From an uncultured virus (IMG/VR IMGVR_UViG_3300044984_001006) (taxonomy: Duplodnaviria; Heunggongvirae; Uroviricota; Caudoviricetes; Crassvirales), in the IMG/VR virus record IMGVR_UViG_3300044984_001006: DNA of 20,000 bases. One strand, 5' to 3'. This document shows, piece after piece, positions 17,060 to 20,000 of this stretch (its first letter is position 1; each line of letters begins with the position of its first letter). The position numbers were made by a program, and so were the translations under genes. The notes under the pieces are model-generated. The model worked only from the letters and a program-made list of their open reading frames with translations, made no database searches and was not told the origin of the DNA.

Positions 17060-17277
17060 AATCCTTTTTCTTTTTTAAAAATTTCTAATTCTTTTTCATA
17101 TAAAGTAAATTTATTTGCACCAATAGTTTTAGCAATAGTCTGCTCCGCAAATTCTATCATATAATTATAAATCCACTCATCAAATTCTAAATAGTAATCT
17201 TCATAAGGTCCAGAGAACGCAGGTCTTTCTTTTATACATTCTTTTACATATTCATTATATTTTTCTATTAAAGTCAT
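17056..17277 (-). CDS. Hypothetical protein (73 aa), IFKKEKGL-ending family
   Basis: ATGA overlaps at both ends; C-terminus shared with 11285-11524. Confidence 0.75.
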   Translation of the reverse strand: MTLIEKYNEYVKECIKERPAFSGPYEDYYLEFDEWIYNYMIEFAEQTIAKTIGANKFTLYEKELEIFKKEKGL

Positions 17278-17894
17278 AATTGTTTATTTAATAATTCTTT
17301 TTCTTTTTTAAGTTCATTACTCATGTTTCTATGTATTGTTCTTGTGGAACATTTAAAATGCTCTGCAATATTCTTTATTGTTATTTTTTGTGATATATCA
17401 TGCATGTAAAGCATCGCTTCATATATATCAGATTCAGTTACTTTTTTACTTTTACCAATTATATGCCCTACAATTGATAACTTTTCAGAAGTGGTTAAAC
17501 CTGTATTGTCTTTAAATATAATCTTACGCAATTTGTTTGGTGGTGGTTTTTCTAAATCAACCATACTAACATCGTATAAAATATTTTCTAAAGCATGCTC
17601 TGATATATTAAAAGTAACAAAGCCATTAGATCTTGTACATATAAATTTTGCTAACGTTTCAAATTGATCTTGACTCATTGAATGATTAAGATACCATAAT
17701 ACATACAAATGCCATTTCAATGATTTATATGTGTTAATTTGAGCCCGTGAATTAAATAATGTATAGCATTCGCGAGTTCCATTTTCAAAGTAATAACCCC
17801 AATCATACTCTGCTGAACACTTATCATTAATAGGATCTTGTCTATATAATATTCTTCGTTTATTTAAGTATTCTATATTTCTTTCATCATGCAT
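17274..17894 (-). CDS. Putative DNA-binding protein with C-terminal helix-turn-helix
   Basis: C-terminal KITIKNIAEHFKCSTRTIHRNM is an HTH pattern; N-terminal domain unassigned. Confidence 0.7.
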   Translation of the reverse strand: MHDERNIEYLNKRRILYRQDPINDKCSAEYDWGYYFENGTRECYTLFNSRAQINTYKSLKWHLYVLWYLNHSMSQDQFETLAKFICTRSNGFVTFNISEHALENILYDVSMVDLEKPPPNKLRKIIFKDNTGLTTSEKLSIVGHIIGKSKKVTESDIYEAMLYMHDISQKITIKNIAEHFKCSTRTIHRNMSNELKKEKELLNKQL

Positions 17895-17911
17895 TATATT
17901 AAATTTAAAAG

Positions 17912-17958
17912 TGTGACATTAGCCTGCTACTATAATTAATTAGCAACCTATCGTCGCA
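17912..17958. promoter_or_regulatory. Imperfect inverted repeat upstream of the HTH gene (operator or origin candidate)
   Basis: TGTGAC..TAG..TGCTA, an AT spacer, then TAGCA..CTA..GTCGCA. Confidence 0.45.
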
Positions 17959-17967
17959 TTTTAATTA

Positions 17968-18234
17968 TCATTTTAATTTATCTAATATTACTTTAAGTTG
18001 TTGTATTTTTGTTTTTGTAAGCTCTGCTTTTTCATAAGCCTCTGTTGTTATATACTCTGATAATAATAGTTGTAAACCAACCATTTGTTGTAATACCATA
18101 TCGTATGTTAAATTCTGTTGATGAACTTGGTCATAAGCATAATCATATTCTATTTGTTTACGCAATATCTTTTCAACAACTGTATCAGCTATTTTATTAA
18201 TATCTTCTTGTGTTAGTCTTACGTTTAGTCTCAT
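17968..18234 (-). CDS. Hypothetical protein with C-terminal UVR (UvrB/C)-like motif
   Basis: C-terminal LSEYITTEAYEKAELTKTKIQQL resembles the UVR consensus (A...EdyE.Aa.lrd.i). Confidence 0.6.
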   Translation of the reverse strand: MRLNVRLTQEDINKIADTVVEKILRKQIEYDYAYDQVHQQNLTYDMVLQQMVGLQLLLSEYITTEAYEKAELTKTKIQQLKVILDKLK

Positions 18235-18239
18235 ATATA

Positions 18240-18437
18240 TTATCGTTTATTGTTCGTATTTGTTTTGTATTCAATTATAAATCCTATAGCAACAATTATA
18301 TTCATTCCTAATGAAGCTATTATCTCGTGTATGTCTTCATATATATTTATAGTTAAATGCACGTGACCTACTACCCAGAATGGTATAGATAAATTACTGG
18401 CTATCCATGTTATAGTAAACATTAAGAATTGTTTCAT
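18240..18437 (-). CDS. Small membrane protein (two hydrophobic segments)
   Basis: FLMFTITWIASNLSIPFWVV and IIASLGMNIIVAIGFII. Confidence 0.7.
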   Translation of the reverse strand: MKQFLMFTITWIASNLSIPFWVVGHVHLTINIYEDIHEIIASLGMNIIVAIGFIIEYKTNTNNKR

Positions 18438-18450
18438 ATCTTATTTGTTT

Positions 18451-18639
18451 TTAATTTTTATTATAATCTTCCTTTAATTCCGATGCTAATTCAATTATAT
18501 GCTGATCAATTGTCATTTTTTGAAATCCTATTTGACTAAGTAAACCATTAAATATTTCAAAATAATCTTCAACAGTTAAATCATCGTTTTTATGTTCAAC
18601 TGTTACTGTTAAATCGTAAGTTTTAATTTCTATTTTCAT
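18451..18639 (-). CDS. Hypothetical protein (62 aa)
   Basis: Operon-strand ORF with ATGA coupling. Confidence 0.7.
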   Translation of the reverse strand: MKIEIKTYDLTVTVEHKNDDLTVEDYFEIFNGLLSQIGFQKMTIDQHIIELASELKEDYNKN

Positions 18640-18887
18640 ATCTCTTTCATTAATTTTTTAATGTCACCTATTGTATATATCCCTTGTCGTGAATTATCTA
18701 ATGCATATACTTTTGTTTCATCCGGTAATTTACTTGCAAAATCATTAAGCCATCTTGAATTTTTAAATGATCTAAAAAATATATCATTAAAAAAGTTTTT
18801 GCTTATATATGGTTGTAATTCACCTTCTTCATCTAGTAAGATTGCATCATCTACTGGATATACTGGTATTCCAAATGTTGTACTCAT
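18636..18887 (-). CDS. Hypothetical protein (83 aa)
   Basis: Operon-strand ORF, tightly packed. Confidence 0.7.
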   Translation of the reverse strand: MSTTFGIPVYPVDDAILLDEEGELQPYISKNFFNDIFFRSFKNSRWLNDFASKLPDETKVYALDNSRQGIYTIGDIKKLMKEI

Positions 18888-18893
18888 AATTAT

Positions 18894-19064
18894 CTAATCT
18901 AAAAATATTTTTAAAGTTTCGCCATTGTCTTGTATAGATATTTCAATACCATTGAAGTCATTCATTTCTTTATACAAGGTTAATAATCTTCCAATACGAT
19001 GATCGTTATTAGCATGATTAATTACTTCTATTCTGTTTATTTTTCTTTCATCTATTTCTTTCAT
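18894..19064 (-). CDS. Small hypothetical phage protein (56 aa; not in ORF track)
   Basis: Hand translation MKEIDERKINRIEVINHANNDHRIGRLLTLYKEMNDFNGIEISIQDNGETLKIFLD*; starts 2 nt after the upstream stop and fills the gap. Confidence 0.75.
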   Translation of the reverse strand: MKEIDERKINRIEVINHANNDHRIGRLLTLYKEMNDFNGIEISIQDNGETLKIFLD

Positions 19065-19066
19065 AT

Positions 19067-19306
19067 TTATTCTTCTAAGTTAATTAATACTAATTCTTCA
19101 ATTTCATTTAATTGTAAGCTAATAAGCATCTCTATAATGTTTATTTTAGAATCACTTACAAATATTTCATTTGCTTCAAAATATGGTCCGTCACCAGGAT
19201 AGCCTAAAAAATCTGCATCATATTGTACAGAAGGAGTTGGCTCATAATAATCACCTACTACAATAAGTTCAACACCCATATAATCTATTGTTACTTCTTT
19301 TTCCAT
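19067..19306 (-). CDS. Hypothetical acidic protein (79 aa)
   Basis: Operon-strand ORF preceded by the junction repeat; YPG motif. Confidence 0.7.
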   Translation of the reverse strand: MEKEVTIDYMGVELIVVGDYYEPTPSVQYDADFLGYPGDGPYFEANEIFVSDSKINIIEMLISLQLNEIEELVLINLEE

Positions 19307-19319
19307 GTCTTATTTGTTT

Positions 19320-19445
19320 TTAAATTCTCCAATACCAATTACCAAATAAATGTTTTCTATTTTCAGGTCTAAAATCAATAGCATTCCAAGCTACCCACCA
19401 TTTTTCTAATTTCCAAATGTAAAATTCTCTTTCGTTTACTATCAT
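19320..19445 (-). CDS. Small Trp-rich protein (41 aa; not in ORF track)
   Basis: Hand translation MIVNEREFYIWKLEKWWVAWNAIDFRPENRKHLFGNWYWRI*; flanked by junction repeats. Confidence 0.55.
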   Translation of the reverse strand: MIVNEREFYIWKLEKWWVAWNAIDFRPENRKHLFGNWYWRI

Positions 19446-19448
19446 ATC

Positions 19449-19637
19449 TTATTTTTTAAATGTTTCGTTGTAAATATCTTCATATACTTTATATGGTAAT
19501 TCAATATGTACAAAAACTTTATAAGCATCAACAATCTGTTGCTTTTCCATTTCTTTGGCTTTTTCAAATGTTTCATCTGTTATACGCTCATTTGAATACC
19601 ATTTTTCTTTTAACCATTCAACTGCTGTGTTTTTCAT
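19449..19637 (-). CDS. Hypothetical protein, MKxTAVEWL...AKEMEKQQ family (paralog 2)
   Basis: Shares an N-terminal motif and AKEMEKQQ with the adjacent gene. Confidence 0.75.
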   Translation of the reverse strand: MKNTAVEWLKEKWYSNERITDETFEKAKEMEKQQIVDAYKVFVHIELPYKVYEDIYNETFKK

Positions 19638-19876
19638 ATCTTATTTGTTTTTAAATTGTTCAAAAATTCATTAAATGGTATGCCGTTATCAAATCCTGCG
19701 GGTTTATTAAAATCTAAACAAGCATCCCAACATTTTTTCATATCTTCCTCACTATAACCTTGTTGTTGCTTTTCCATTTCTTTAGCTTGTTCAATTTCAT
19801 CTTTAAATGCTAAATTAAAATCATCATTAAGATTATTTAATAATTCAACTAAAAATTCTACCGCTGTTTGTTTCAT
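19634..19876 (-). CDS. Hypothetical protein, MKQTAVEFL...AKEMEKQQ family (paralog 1)
   Basis: Shares motifs with 19449-19637. Confidence 0.75.
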   Translation of the reverse strand: MKQTAVEFLVELLNNLNDDFNLAFKDEIEQAKEMEKQQQGYSEEDMKKCWDACLDFNKPAGFDNGIPFNEFLNNLKTNKI

Positions 19877-19877
19877 A

Positions 19878-20000
19878 TTATTTATCTTTTAAGTGAGCTT
19901 TACCAATTTCGTAATATTTTTTATAACCGTCAACAGCATCAGCCATTTTGTATTCGTCGGGCATACATTGAGGCGGATCGCAAAAATCTTCAGCATGTAT
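19878..20000 (-). CDS. C-terminal end of a pyrimidine-dimer DNA glycosylase (DenV-like), truncated by the window edge
   Basis: Hand translation ...IHAEDFCDPPQCMPDEYKMADAVDGYKKYYEIGKAHLKDK*; the PPQxMPDEYK...D.V..Y..YY...K pattern is characteristic of this family's C-terminus. Confidence 0.65.
   Translation of the reverse strand: MHAEDFCDPPQCMPDEYKMADAVDGYKKYYEIGKAHLKDK

Larger units (their letters stand above)
18435..19657 (-). repeat. Dispersed gene-junction repeat TTAAAAACAAATAAGA(T/C)ATG, 4 copies (18435-18454, 19304-19324, 19443-19460 variant, 19635-19657)
   Basis: Near-identical ~20-nt sequences, each ending at the start codon of a small ORF. Confidence 0.7.

Noticed and set aside
6042..19654. 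Short plus-strand ORFs and alternate-frame minus ORFs (7588-7818, 12989-13231) over the replication block
   Set aside because: They overlap well-supported genes and lack recognisable features.
18435..19657. CRISPR array interpretation of the junction repeats
   Set aside because: Spacing is irregular (about 140-870 nt) and the intervening sequences are whole ORFs.
1..20000. Stop-codon reassignment as seen in some crAss-like phages
   Set aside because: Long conserved genes are intact under the standard code, and TAA, TAG and TGA all end genes at tight junctions.

Overview
AT-rich (low-GC) dsDNA phage segment. The host is most likely Bacteroidota/Flavobacteriia, inferred from the lack of obvious Shine-Dalgarno sites, A-rich leaders and a lipoprotein carrying Bacteroidota glycosylation sequons. 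The + strand carries the 3' part (>1,950 aa, open from the window edge) of a giant, probably virion-ejected, polyvalent protein. It has a zincin HExxH motif, an embedded sigma70-region-2-like segment and an EHxxP HNH-like segment. It converges, at a bidirectional terminator, on a long minus-strand replication/nucleotide-metabolism block: DenV-like glycosylase (partial), many small early-type ORFs, an HTH protein, a sigma factor, ERF and RecE-like recombination proteins, a lipoprotein, HNH, SSB, a T7 gp4/Twinkle-like primase-helicase, a thymidylate-synthase homolog, a GIY-YIG-like/MazG fusion, a second NTP-PPase-like protein, an endonuclease-I-like nuclease and a class II RNR. Three observations stand out. 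(1) The TS homolog has Asp at the Asn177 specificity position and Tyr at His147, pointing to a dCMP methylase; next to MazG and GIY-YIG-like modules this suggests a cytosine-modification (5mC) system. (2) The giant protein may deliver a sigma-like domain into the host. (3) A ~170-nt structured intergenic element between SSB and the primase-helicase has two halves that fold better on opposite strands. All assignments come from motif reading by eye; no searches were run.
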